DNA of 64,000 nucleotides from an uncultured Bacteroidales bacterium (GTDB taxonomy: Bacteria > Bacteroidota > Bacteroidia > Bacteroidales > WCHB1-69). The translations under genes were made by a program, and so were the position numbers. The notes below the pieces were generated by a model. That model was not told the origin of the DNA. It saw nothing but the letters and a program-made list of their open reading frames with translations, and did not search any database. How positions within the stretch are numbered: position 1 is the stretch's first letter; each line of letters opens with the position of its first letter. Where the stretch lies: positions 25,027-89,026 of the forward strand of contig CAJOKR010000004.1 of NCBI GenBank assembly GCA_905235135.1, written 5' to 3'. Below, piece after piece: positions 28,781-37,349 of the stretch.

Positions 28781-29949
28781 ATGAAATCCATTAAAGCCCT
28801 TTGTATGTCCATCGTGATATGTTTGTCGGCGCTGACCGCAAGTTTGAACGCCGATGCCCAGAAATCAGACAGTTACAAGAATCCTGCGTTGGAGAACATC
28901 GCGACCCGCACCTCCGTGCGCGAATACCTCAGCAAGCCTGTGGATGCCATCCAGATTGAGCAGCTGCTGCGCGCCGGAATGGCGGCTCCCTCGGCGGTGA
29001 ACAAACAGCCGTGGCACTTCGTGGTGGTCACCGACAAGGCACAGTTGAAAGAGCTTGCCAAAGCCAGCCCGAATGCGGGTATGGCGGCAAGAGCGCCCCT
29101 CGCCATCGTGGTTTGCGGCGACATGAAGAAGGCCCTTGACGGCCCGGCCAGGGAGTTTTGGGTTCAAGACTGTTCCGCCGCCACCGAAAACATCCTGCTG
29201 GCCGCAAATGCCCTGGGACTCGGCGCCGTATGGACTGGCACCTACCCCAACCGGGAACGCTGCAAAGATGTTTCCGCCATCCTGAAACTGCCCGAAAACC
29301 TCATCCCGCTTTGCACCATCGTCATTGGCTATCCCGCTGACGAACAGAAACCCAAAGACAAGTGGAACCCCGAGAATATCTCCTACAACTTCTATGGAGG
29401 CAGGAAACCTGAGGCGGATCCCCGTCCAATCCGGGAGTCCGACTTCGTGGAATTTGACTACACCCAGTCATCGAACCTCAACCCGTTCACCTGGTTCAAG
29501 GGCAGCGGACTGCTGTTGGCTTCCGGCGATATAAGACGTCACAACGCCATGACCATTGGCTGGGGTGCGTTAGGCAACGTTTGGCAGCACGACATCAGCA
29601 CCATCACCGTATATGTCGCGCCCGCCCGCTACACTTACGAGTTCATGGAGCGCTACCAGTATTTCACAGTGATGGTCTTCGACGAGGACCGCAAGGACGT
29701 GCTCGAGTATATGGGCACGCACAGCGGCCGCGACGGCGACAAGGATGCGGCGTTGGGCTTGCATGTGGCTTATACAGAGCATGGTGCGCCCTATTATTTA
29801 GAGGCCCGCGAAGTCTATGAGTGCGAGGTCATCTACCGCGACCCGCTCGATCCGAGTTCGAGGAAATCCCGCGCAAACGTTACGAGAACTTCCCTGCCGG
29901 TATCCACAGTGTGTATATCGGAAAGATTGTGAGCGCGAGAAGAAGGTAA
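28781..29949 (+). CDS. signal-peptide-bearing nitroreductase-family domain fused to a flavin-reductase-like (FMN-binding split-barrel) domain. A 1-nt deletion near 29854 alters the last ~30 codons
   Basis: MKSIKALCMSIVICLSALTASLNADAQ, then ...TRTSVREY...APSAVNKQPWHFVVV..., then ...HNAMTIGWGALG... After ...DPLDP the frame that reads EFEEIPRKRYENFPAGIHSVYIGKIVSARRR* (stop at 29947-29949) is far more protein-like than the tracked frame. Confidence 0.7.
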
Positions 29950-29954
29950 CACTT

Positions 29955-30045
29955 TTCCCGCAGAACTCGCAGACTAACGCAGAAAATATACGTGCAGATA
30001 CGCGTGATACGCGGAGATAAAACATGATATGCGAAGATAAAAAAA
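29955..30045 (+). repeat. CGCAGA-word intergenic element, full copy
   Basis: ttcccgcagaactcgcagactaacgcagaaaatatacgtgcagatacgcgtgatacgcggagataaaa... Confidence 0.7.
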
Positions 30046-30101
30046 CTGCAACCTTTCAACTTTTTTGCGTCATAATTGTATAAACCTGAAAAATTCTTGA
30101 T

Positions 30102-30596
30102 ATGAAAAAAATTGCCGTTATCATTTTCAGCCTGCTCCTCGCGCAAGGCGTGAGTGCTCAGAACGTAACATTCACCGTTCCAGAAATCCCGGGAGAAATC
30201 GAAAAGTCCGAGTATGCCAACTATACACTTCCCGCCATGGACTGCATCGAATGGCTAAAAACACATTCCCCGAATGACCCTCGGCGGAAAGAAGTGTCGG
30301 AGTTTGCAGTCTGGTGGCTCGTTGGCACCCCCGATGTGCGCATTGAGCTTAATGCAGCCGCTGCAGAATTCGAGAACAGTAACCTGCTGATTCTGTTACT
30401 CGGAGGCTGGGCACAATACGCCATTCAGTACAAAAGCGATGACCAGCTGGACGGCTGTCTCGCCGGGGTGATCACCGCCCTCAATTACTATGAGAAGTAT
30501 AAGAAAGAGCTTGGAAAGGACAAAGGCGCGGAGAAGTTACTCAAGATGCGCGAAAAAGGGACGCTGAAGTCCTATCTGGAGGAGTTGATGCCGTAA
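30102..30596 (+). CDS. hypothetical secreted protein
   Basis: Signal peptide MKKIAVIIFSLLLAQGVSAQ. The product is 164 aa. Confidence 0.55.
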   Translation: MKKIAVIIFSLLLAQGVSAQNVTFTVPEIPGEIEKSEYANYTLPAMDCIEWLKTHSPNDPRRKEVSEFAVWWLVGTPDVRIELNAAAAEFENSNLLILLLGGWAQYAIQYKSDDQLDGCLAGVITALNYYEKYKKELGKDKGAEKLLKMREKGTLKSYLEELMP

Positions 30597-30600
30597 ACTG

Positions 30601-30670
30601 TTTCCCGCAGAACTCGCAGACTGGCACAGAATCATACGTGCAGATACCTCTGATACACGGAGGCAATCAC
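30601..30670 (+). repeat. CGCAGA-word intergenic element, full copy (more diverged 3' half)
   Basis: tttcccgcagaactcgcagactggcacagaatcatacgtgcagatacctctgatacacggagg... Confidence 0.7.
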
Positions 30671-30685
30671 CTTAGATCGCCCATC

Positions 30686-32112
30686 ATGAACCGTACCCTC
30701 ATCATCGCAATCCTCCTGCTCCCACTGCTCGCATGGGCGCAGACAAAACCGACAGCACCCCTGCCGCCCGAAGAGAGCAAGGCACGGCTACAGCAGCTTG
30801 GCGACTCTCTCCGGAAATACGATTACTTCGACTACCTCGACCGCTACGGCTGGATAATCGTGAGCGTACGCTCGGACGACAATGCAAAGAAAGCATGGCC
30901 AAACCGTTTTGGTATTATTGACGATTTTGGGAGGCAGATTTTACCCTGCGAGTACAGTGACATCCGTTTCCAAGAGCACTCCGACCTAATCTTTGTGATG
31001 AAAGATAGCCTTTTAGGCTTCATGAACCGGCAATTGGAATGGGTAATCCCCCCGAAATATGACGGCAGGGTATGGTACGATGTGGAGGAGATTGATGACT
31101 TTTTTGAGTATGGGATGATTGTATTAGATATGAACGGGAAAGAGGGTGTGGTGGATTCTACTGGTCGCGAGATACTGCCCTGCCAGTATGACCGGGTGAG
31201 AACAGCCGGTCCAGACCTTTTTATCATTGAAAAAAGGAATGAAAAGGTTGTCGGTGCAGTCAACCATCACGGCGACACTGTGATACCTTTTGTCTATAAT
31301 CTCCTGTACGCTTACAACGATCATTATCTTAAAGCAGAAAGGCAAGACTTGTACGGTGTGCTTTCTGCCACAGGACAGGAAATCATCCCATGCAAGTACG
31401 AAATGATTTGGGGCTCGGATATGGGCTATTTCGCTGCACGTCAGGGAGGAAAGTGGGGCGTGGTGGATTCGGCGAACAATGTGGTGGTCCCTTTCCTTTA
31501 CAAAGCATCATACCTGTGTTTTTTTCCAAAATCGGATATTATTGAACTTGTAATTCCAGGGAAAAAAGTCAGTTACTCAACAGAAAAGGGGAAATTCTGG
31601 TTTCTTCCTTTGACGACTGTATCCTAAGTGAATCCGGCGAGCGCATTGCGATACTGAATCGTGATCAGGATTGGAACGCGACATGCGATATCTACGACCG
31701 GCAGGGCAAGAAGGTGGATGCATTTGAAGGAATTGAGTATGAGGAGGAACTAATGCCCTACATCTCCATGATTCCTGTGAAACGCAACGGCAAGTGGGGC
31801 TTCGTCAACCGAGACTTTGAACTGATTGTGCCGTGCCAATATGAAACGCCGATATTTGGAGGAGATGGATATGGAAATGTGAATACAGGTGACGGCCAAA
31901 CCACCTTGATTGACGAGCAAGGCCAGTTAATCATCTCAGGACCATACGCTTATATCACTTCACCAAAAGTGAACGGTTGGTTTATGGTAGGGGGCTATTC
32001 CCCTGACTCCTGGAATGGCCTCAGCGGTTTCATCGACCGCTACGGCAACAGCACCTTCACGGAGGAGGAGATGCAAAAACTTCGGGAGTGGCATGAGAAG
32101 CGGAAGAAATAA
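30686..32112 (+). pseudogene. WG-repeat (KWG) containing secreted protein, split by a frameshift in an A6 run at 31562-31567
   Basis: Signal peptide MNRTLIIAILLLPLLAWAQ. Repeats include RFGIIDDFGRQILPCEY, GKEGVVDSTGREILPCQY, GKWGVVDSANNVVVPFLY and, downstream, NGKWGFVNRDFELIVPCQY. With A7 the frame continues ...PGKKSQLLNRKGEILVSSFDDCILSESGERIAILN... Confidence 0.7.
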
Positions 32113-32182
32113 TTCCCGCAGAACTCGCAGACTTACGCAGATAATCATACGTGCAGATACGCGCGATACGCGGAGATAAAAA
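32112..32182 (+). repeat. CGCAGA-word intergenic element, full copy
   Basis: attcccgcagaactcgcagacttacgcagataatcatacgtgcagatacgcgcgatacgcggagataaaaaa. Confidence 0.7.
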
Positions 32183-32334
32183 ATCCGAAATAATCAATAT
32201 TAAAAGTATAGTTTGAAATATTGTTGTATTCTTGCAAAGTTAACTTTAGAATATTGATATGGTGAAACAGGTCAAACAAAAACAACTTCTTCCTCTCAGA
32301 AGAAATTATTGTTTGCTGGTTTCAATATTATTCG

Positions 32335-32342
32335 TATTTTTG
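32335..32342 (+). promoter_or_regulatory. -7 box TATTTTTG
   Basis: tcgTATTTTTGcag lies 46 nt upstream of ATG 32388. Confidence 0.4.
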
Positions 32343-32387
32343 CAGCGTGATTATTACGAAAAAGTTCGTAACGAAAAAATACGTAAT

Positions 32388-33455
32388 ATGGAAAACCCTT
32401 TCAAATTCGGCACTATCGTGGAAGAAGAGTACTTCACCGACAGAGTGAATGAGGTGGCTTATATCACCCAGTTTGTGAAAAGTCCAAACCACTTGATCCT
32501 CATCAGTCCTCGTCGTTTCGGCAAAAGCAGCGTGGTGGCGAAGGCCTTGAAACAGAGTAAATGCAAACACATCACGGTGAACCTCCAGCAGGTCACGTCG
32601 GTCTCTGACCTTTCTTCAAAACTGCTGCGGGAATTTTTCAAAGTGCATCCGATGGAACGCATTCGACATCTAATCACCCACTTTCGTGTCGTTCCCACCG
32701 TCACAACCAACCCGATGACGGGCTCCATGGATGTATCGTTCCAGCCTGGCGTAGATGGCACTATGTTACTCGAAGATGTGCTCACTCTGATAGAGAAAGC
32801 CCACTCTGAAAAAGACCGAATGATTGTGGTGATGGATGAATTTCAGGATATTTGTGACCTCGCCCCAAAATTCGACCGACAGTTGCGTTCCATCATGCAG
32901 GAACAAAAGCACATCAACTACATTTTGTTGGGAAGCCAGGAAAGTATGATGACGGAAATTTTCGAGAACAAAAAGTCGCCTTTTTACCACTTCGGTGAGA
33001 TGATGCGGCTTGGGAAACTGCCTCGCAAGGACTTCCATCGTTATCTGTCGGAACGCTTGGCCTATTGCTTCCCCGACAATTGCGTAGAGTTATCAGACCG
33101 TATCTTAGATCACACCTCTTGTCATCCCTATTACTCGCAACAACTGGCAGCCAATATATGGCAAGTGGGCGTATTACAGCCCGATGTTGAAGATCCTTTC
33201 AAAATAGCCATCGGTCATATCGTGACAACCCACGGTTTGGATTACGAACGCCTGTGGATGAACTTCAACCGCACCAACAAGTGGATTTTGCAGCGACTTT
33301 CATCGGGCAAGCCGTTACAATCAAGCGACCATCGCACCAGCACAATCTATAGTGCTTTGAAACGTCTGCAAAAAGATGGCTACGTGATTTACACGGACCG
33401 TTATGAAATGGAAGACCCTTTCTTCCGCGAGTGGATAATGGTTAACAACGAGTAA
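32388..33455 (+). CDS. AAA-type ATP-binding protein (archaeal-ATPase / DUF234-like family)
   Basis: MENPFKFGTIVEEEYFTDRVNEV......ILISPRRFGKSSVV (Walker A-like) and ...VVMDEFQDI (Walker B). The start is at the internal ATG. Confidence 0.65.
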   Translation: MENPFKFGTIVEEEYFTDRVNEVAYITQFVKSPNHLILISPRRFGKSSVVAKALKQSKCKHITVNLQQVTSVSDLSSKLLREFFKVHPMERIRHLITHFRVVPTVTTNPMTGSMDVSFQPGVDGTMLLEDVLTLIEKAHSEKDRMIVVMDEFQDICDLAPKFDRQLRSIMQEQKHINYILLGSQESMMTEIFENKKSPFYHFGEMMRLGKLPRKDFHRYLSERLAYCFPDNCVELSDRILDHTSCHPYYSQQLAANIWQVGVLQPDVEDPFKIAIGHIVTTHGLDYERLWMNFNRTNKWILQRLSSGKPLQSSDHRTSTIYSALKRLQKDGYVIYTDRYEMEDPFFREWIMVNNE

Positions 33456-33460
33456 AATTT

Positions 33461-33545
33461 TCTCCCGCAGAACTCGCTGATTCCCGCTGAATCATACGTG
33501 CAGATCCGTGTGATACGCGGAGATAAAATCAAAGGAGATAAAAAC
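33461..33545 (+). repeat. CGCAGA-word intergenic element, full copy
   Basis: tctcccgcagaactcgctgattcccgctgaatcatacgtgcagatccgtgtgatacgcggagataaaatcaaaggagataaaaa. Confidence 0.7.
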
Positions 33546-33553
33546 GACAAACA

Positions 33554-34813
33554 ATGGACGACAACAGCAAAATAATGGACCTGGCCTACGAGGCTGGCAG
33601 CATCCTCCTAGAAAATGGGGCGGAGATTTCGCGCGTGATCGAGACCATGCGGCGCATTGCAGGACACTACGGTGTGGATGACGAGAGCTTTTTCGTGCTC
33701 AGCAACGGCATCATGGCCACAGCGAAAGGGTTCGCCCGCACGAAGTTCATCCCCATTAAGGGCGCGAGCCTCGACAAGGTAGTGGCCGTGAACCAGTTAT
33801 CCCGTGAGGTGGCGGAAGGCAAGTGCGATTTGGAGCAACTGGAACAGCGACTGAAAAAGATTCGGGCCATGAGACACAAACCCGTATGGGAGCAGGTGGC
33901 AGCCTCCGCGTTCGGCAGCGCGGCCTTCTGCATCATCTTCGGCGGCGGTTTTGCCGACTGTCTCGTGGCGTTCATCGCGGGACTGGTGCTTTGGTGCTAC
34001 CTGCTGTACGTCGGTTCCCGGCACCTTTCGCGCATCGCGAGCAACATCACGGGCGGACTATTAGCCACCGTGATTTGCGGGGTGATGTACAAATTAGGCT
34101 TAGGCACGCACTTGAGCAACATGATTATCGGGGCCATCATCCCGCTGATTCCAGGAGTGCCCTTCACCAACGGCATCCGCGACATCGCCAACGAGGACTA
34201 CATCGCGGGACTCACGCGCCTGTTGGATGCCCTGCTCGTCTTCTTCTGTATCGCCATGGGCGTGGCGTTAGCCTTCCTCTTAGATGCAACCATAACCGGA
34301 AAGATGCAGCCCATGGAGGATCTGGCGGCAGCTCCTGAGACGGCGGGTATGTTCGTCCAGCTGGTGGCAGCCTTCATCGGCACATTAGCCTTTGCCGTCC
34401 TCTTCGGTGTGCCCCGCAAGTGCTACATCGACAGCGGGTTATGCGGTATGGTGGGTTGGTTGCTCTACCTTATCTTGGTGCGCTACACGGAGATGTCGGT
34501 GCCTTTCGTGGTCTTCTTCGCCACCGCGCAAGTCGCCTTCACAGCATTGCTGTTGTCCATCCTGCGTAAATGTCCCGTCACGGTGTTCCTCATCTGCGGC
34601 ATATTCCCCTTAGTGCCCGGCGCAGGCATCTTCTGGACCAGCTACAACATCGTTTCCAACCAATATTCCGCCGCCGTCGGGACTGGCTTCGTAGCGTTGA
34701 AGGTCACCGTAGCCATCGCCTTCGGCATTTTGGCGGTGATGGAGATAAACGGCAAGAACCGAATCGGGCGGGGGCTGATGCGGGGGAAGAAGAAATCAGA
34801 GAAACGAAAATAA
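33554..34813 (+). CDS. threonine/serine exporter (ThrE) family membrane protein
   Basis: ...AYEAGSILLENGAEISRVIETMRRIAGHYG... (DUF1212-type N-terminal half) followed by about 10 TM helices. Confidence 0.8.
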   Translation: MDDNSKIMDLAYEAGSILLENGAEISRVIETMRRIAGHYGVDDESFFVLSNGIMATAKGFARTKFIPIKGASLDKVVAVNQLSREVAEGKCDLEQLEQRLKKIRAMRHKPVWEQVAASAFGSAAFCIIFGGGFADCLVAFIAGLVLWCYLLYVGSRHLSRIASNITGGLLATVICGVMYKLGLGTHLSNMIIGAIIPLIPGVPFTNGIRDIANEDYIAGLTRLLDALLVFFCIAMGVALAFLLDATITGKMQPMEDLAAAPETAGMFVQLVAAFIGTLAFAVLFGVPRKCYIDSGLCGMVGWLLYLILVRYTEMSVPFVVFFATAQVAFTALLLSILRKCPVTVFLICGIFPLVPGAGIFWTSYNIVSNQYSAAVGTGFVALKVTVAIAFGILAVMEINGKNRIGRGLMRGKKKSEKRK

Positions 34814-34822
34814 TTACGTAAT

Positions 34823-35314
34823 ATGAAGAAACTGAGAGAAATAGTCGGCTACGTACTCGGCGGTTTGATGTTCGTGCTGCTGATCCCGACCCTGATGTGG
34901 TTGGCATCCGGGAGACCCCATCTTGGGGACATCCCTGTCTGGCGGATAGTGATCACCGTACTGCTTGCGGTGCTCGGCATCGCGCTAAGTGTCTGGTCGA
35001 TAGTCTATATGCGGCGCAAAGGCAACGGCAACCCGATGGACGCCTTCGGCCACGAGGTCGCGCCCCGCACCCGCCATTTGATGACCGACGGTCCCTACCG
35101 TCTGAGCCGCAATCCCATGTTGACCGGCAGTTTCGTCTATTACGTCGGTGTTTGCGTCTGCCTTTGGACCTGGCAGGCCTTGCTGGTCTTCGTAGCCTTC
35201 ATCGCCATCATGCTCTTGCAGATCCGCAGCGAGGAAAAGCGCCTCCTCCGGGACTTCGGCGCGGAGTACGAGGAATACTGCCAGCGGACCGGACGATTTT
35301 GGCCGAAAGGGTGA
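34823..35314 (+). CDS. isoprenylcysteine carboxyl methyltransferase (ICMT)-family membrane methyltransferase
   Basis: ...LMTDGPYRLSRNPMLTGSFVYYVG...IRSEEKRLLRDFGAEYEEYCQRTGRFWP. Confidence 0.7.
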   Translation: MKKLREIVGYVLGGLMFVLLIPTLMWLASGRPHLGDIPVWRIVITVLLAVLGIALSVWSIVYMRRKGNGNPMDAFGHEVAPRTRHLMTDGPYRLSRNPMLTGSFVYYVGVCVCLWTWQALLVFVAFIAIMLLQIRSEEKRLLRDFGAEYEEYCQRTGRFWPKG

Positions 35315-35420
35315 TTACCGCACCGCAGGCGGCTGTATTCCGCTGAAAATCCCCAACTCATTCGCAGGTACTTGAGCCGTATTTGAACAGTAGTAGGCAA
35401 GTATATGGCAAGTCCAAAGT

Positions 35421-35470
35421 ACTTGCCTGGACTTGCGAAGTACTTGCCATCTACTTGCCAAATACTTGCC
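35421..35470. repeat. iteron-like array: five ACTTGCC words at 10-11-bp spacing, with two inverted GGCAAGT words just upstream
   Basis: acttgcctgg acttgcgaag tacttgccat ctacttgcca aatacttgcc. The inverted words ggcaagt lie at about 35397 and 35407. Confidence 0.65.
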
Positions 35471-35487
35471 AAAGGCCTGTGATGTGA

Positions 35488-36297
35488 TTCGCCGATGACG
35501 ACGGGCAGGAGATAGAGGTATGGTATGCTCGGGAATTGCAGCAGGTATTAGGGTACTCCCGATGGGAGAATTTCGCGACCGCCATCGGACGGGCTATGCA
35601 ATCGTGTAAAACATTGGGTATCAATATTGATGACCATTTTCGTGAGGTCACGAAAATGGTCATGTTGGGCAGTGGATCGCAACGCGAGGTACAGGACTTT
35701 ATGCTCACCCGCTATGCCTGCTACCTCATTGCCCAAAATGGTGATCCGAAGAAAGATGAGATCGCCTTTGCCCAAAGTTACTTCGCCGTGCAGACCCGCA
35801 AAATCGAGCTTATAGAAGAAAGGCTTCATCAGCTTTTACGAATTGAAAGCAGAGACCGGTTGCGCGCATCTGAAAAGCAGTTGAGCAAGAACATTTACCA
35901 GCGCGGGGTTGACGAAAGAGGGTTCGGACGCATCCGTTCAAAAGGAGACCAGGCACTTTTTGGCGGTCTCTCTACCGAACAGATGAAACAGCGTTTAGGT
36001 ATCAAAAGCGGTGCCTTGGCCGATTTTCTCCCCACACTTACCATTGCAGCCAAAAACCTTGCGACGGAGATGACCAACCACAATGTTGAACAGAAAGATT
36101 TGCGTGGAGAAGAAGGCATTACCGCCGAACACGTGCAAAACAACACGAGTGTAAGGGGAATGCTGAGACAGCGAGGCATAAAGCCGGAAGAACTCCCTCC
36201 CGCGGAGGACATTAAGAAAGTGGAACGCAAGGTGGCGAAAGATGAAAAGCAGCTACAGGAGAAGTCGCAAAGGCTGCCGAAAGAGAAGGACTCTTAG
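35488..36297 (+). CDS. dinD: DNA-damage-inducible protein D (DinD)-like protein with a degenerate or frameshifted 5' end
   Basis: ...DDDGQEIEVWYARELQQVLGYSRWENFATAIGRAMQSC...MLTRYACYLIAQNGDPKK..IAFAQSYFAVQTR. An upstream fragment (...CDVIRR*) lies in another frame. Removing C35493 gives ...DVIRDDDGQEIEVW. Confidence 0.7.
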   Translation, partial: FADDDGQEIEVWYARELQQVLGYSRWENFATAIGRAMQSCKTLGINIDDHFREVTKMVMLGSGSQREVQDFMLTRYACYLIAQNGDPKKDEIAFAQSYFAVQTRKIELIEERLHQLLRIESRDRLRASEKQLSKNIYQRGVDERGFGRIRSKGDQALFGGLSTEQMKQRLGIKSGALADFLPTLTIAAKNLATEMTNHNVEQKDLRGEEGITAEHVQNNTSVRGMLRQRGIKPEELPPAEDIKKVERKVAKDEKQLQEKSQRLPKEKDS

Positions 36298-36344
36298 GAC
36301 AAGCAACAATCCAACAATTATTTCCAAACCAAAAACATAAATCT

Positions 36345-36962
36345 ATGAGTATTACATTAAAAGAAAAACTTGAAAACGAGGTTCGATTCCTCCGGATTTC
36401 CATTCCTTACGACAAACGTGACAATTACACAATGGTCTCCTTCGACGACGGTGTGATGTCAGAATTAGAGTGTGACGAATCTTTCGTGCCCCCGATGTAC
36501 GACGAAGACACCAAACTATTGGAGTTTTGGGTGGATTTGAACGAGCAGAAGGTGAAGGACTGGAACAAGGACAACGGTTACTTGCGTATTTGGGCGAAGG
36601 TGCGCGACGAAGGGACCTACACCTTGTACGACAAAGACATGAAGCCGCTTTGGCAGATCCAGGGATACGTCCCCAACGCCTTGATTCCTCCATACGAAAA
36701 AGGTTTCGGTGACTACTTGGAACTAACCATCGAAGCCGACGGCACGCTCCCACAATGGAAAACGACATCCGACTTTACAGACTTCATCAACGATGGTCGG
36801 GAGCCCGGGCCTGTGTTATCTTACAAGTGGAACCACGCGGCGACCGCCTACTACGATGTCTTGAGTTACAAGCTCGAAAAGGAAGAGGTCATCTGGCTGG
36901 TGCAGCGGTTGATGGGGAAGTATGGTTTGAGTGGGGAAGAGGTGGGGAAAGAGATATTGTAG
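36345..36962 (+). CDS. hypothetical protein (acidic, no recognised domain)
   Basis: A 205-aa ORF with coding-like composition. Confidence 0.5.
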   Translation: MSITLKEKLENEVRFLRISIPYDKRDNYTMVSFDDGVMSELECDESFVPPMYDEDTKLLEFWVDLNEQKVKDWNKDNGYLRIWAKVRDEGTYTLYDKDMKPLWQIQGYVPNALIPPYEKGFGDYLELTIEADGTLPQWKTTSDFTDFINDGREPGPVLSYKWNHAATAYYDVLSYKLEKEEVIWLVQRLMGKYGLSGEEVGKEIL

Positions 36963-37035
36963 TAAATGGATGTGTAATCTTTTCACAATAAGAGAAGAAC
37001 AACAATAATCAAAACAAACTATAAAACAATTTAAT

Positions 37036-37314
37036 ATGAGCACTATACAAGAGATACACGCTTTAGAGCAAAGCATTTACGATATAGTTCAAGACTACAT
37101 CGATGGAGATTACAATGAAGACGACGTCCTCGCGATTGACCGTCGCCATGGCGAAATCACTCTCACGGCCGATACCCGAGAAACCATCAAAACCAGAAAG
37201 GGCACCGAAGTTTACCCACTTAAAGAATTGGTTTGCGCAGGAGAACACTTTTCTCTTGAACCAGATGGAGACAAAATTTCGGAGGTGGCGAACAGTTGGC
37301 TTTTTTTGGAATAA
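37036..37314 (+). CDS. small, strongly acidic hypothetical protein
   Basis: The 92-aa product has about 21 D/E against about 8 K/R. It lies immediately upstream of the methyltransferase operon. Confidence 0.45.
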   Translation: MSTIQEIHALEQSIYDIVQDYIDGDYNEDDVLAIDRRHGEITLTADTRETIKTRKGTEVYPLKELVCAGEHFSLEPDGDKISEVANSWLFLE

Positions 37315-37341
37315 AGATTTGGGACCAAAAGAAAAAAAGAT

Positions 37342-37349
37342 TATTTTTG
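37342..37349 (+). promoter_or_regulatory. -7 box TATTTTTG upstream of the methyltransferase operon
   Basis: gatTATTTTTGcag lies 24 nt upstream of ATG 37373. Confidence 0.45.
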
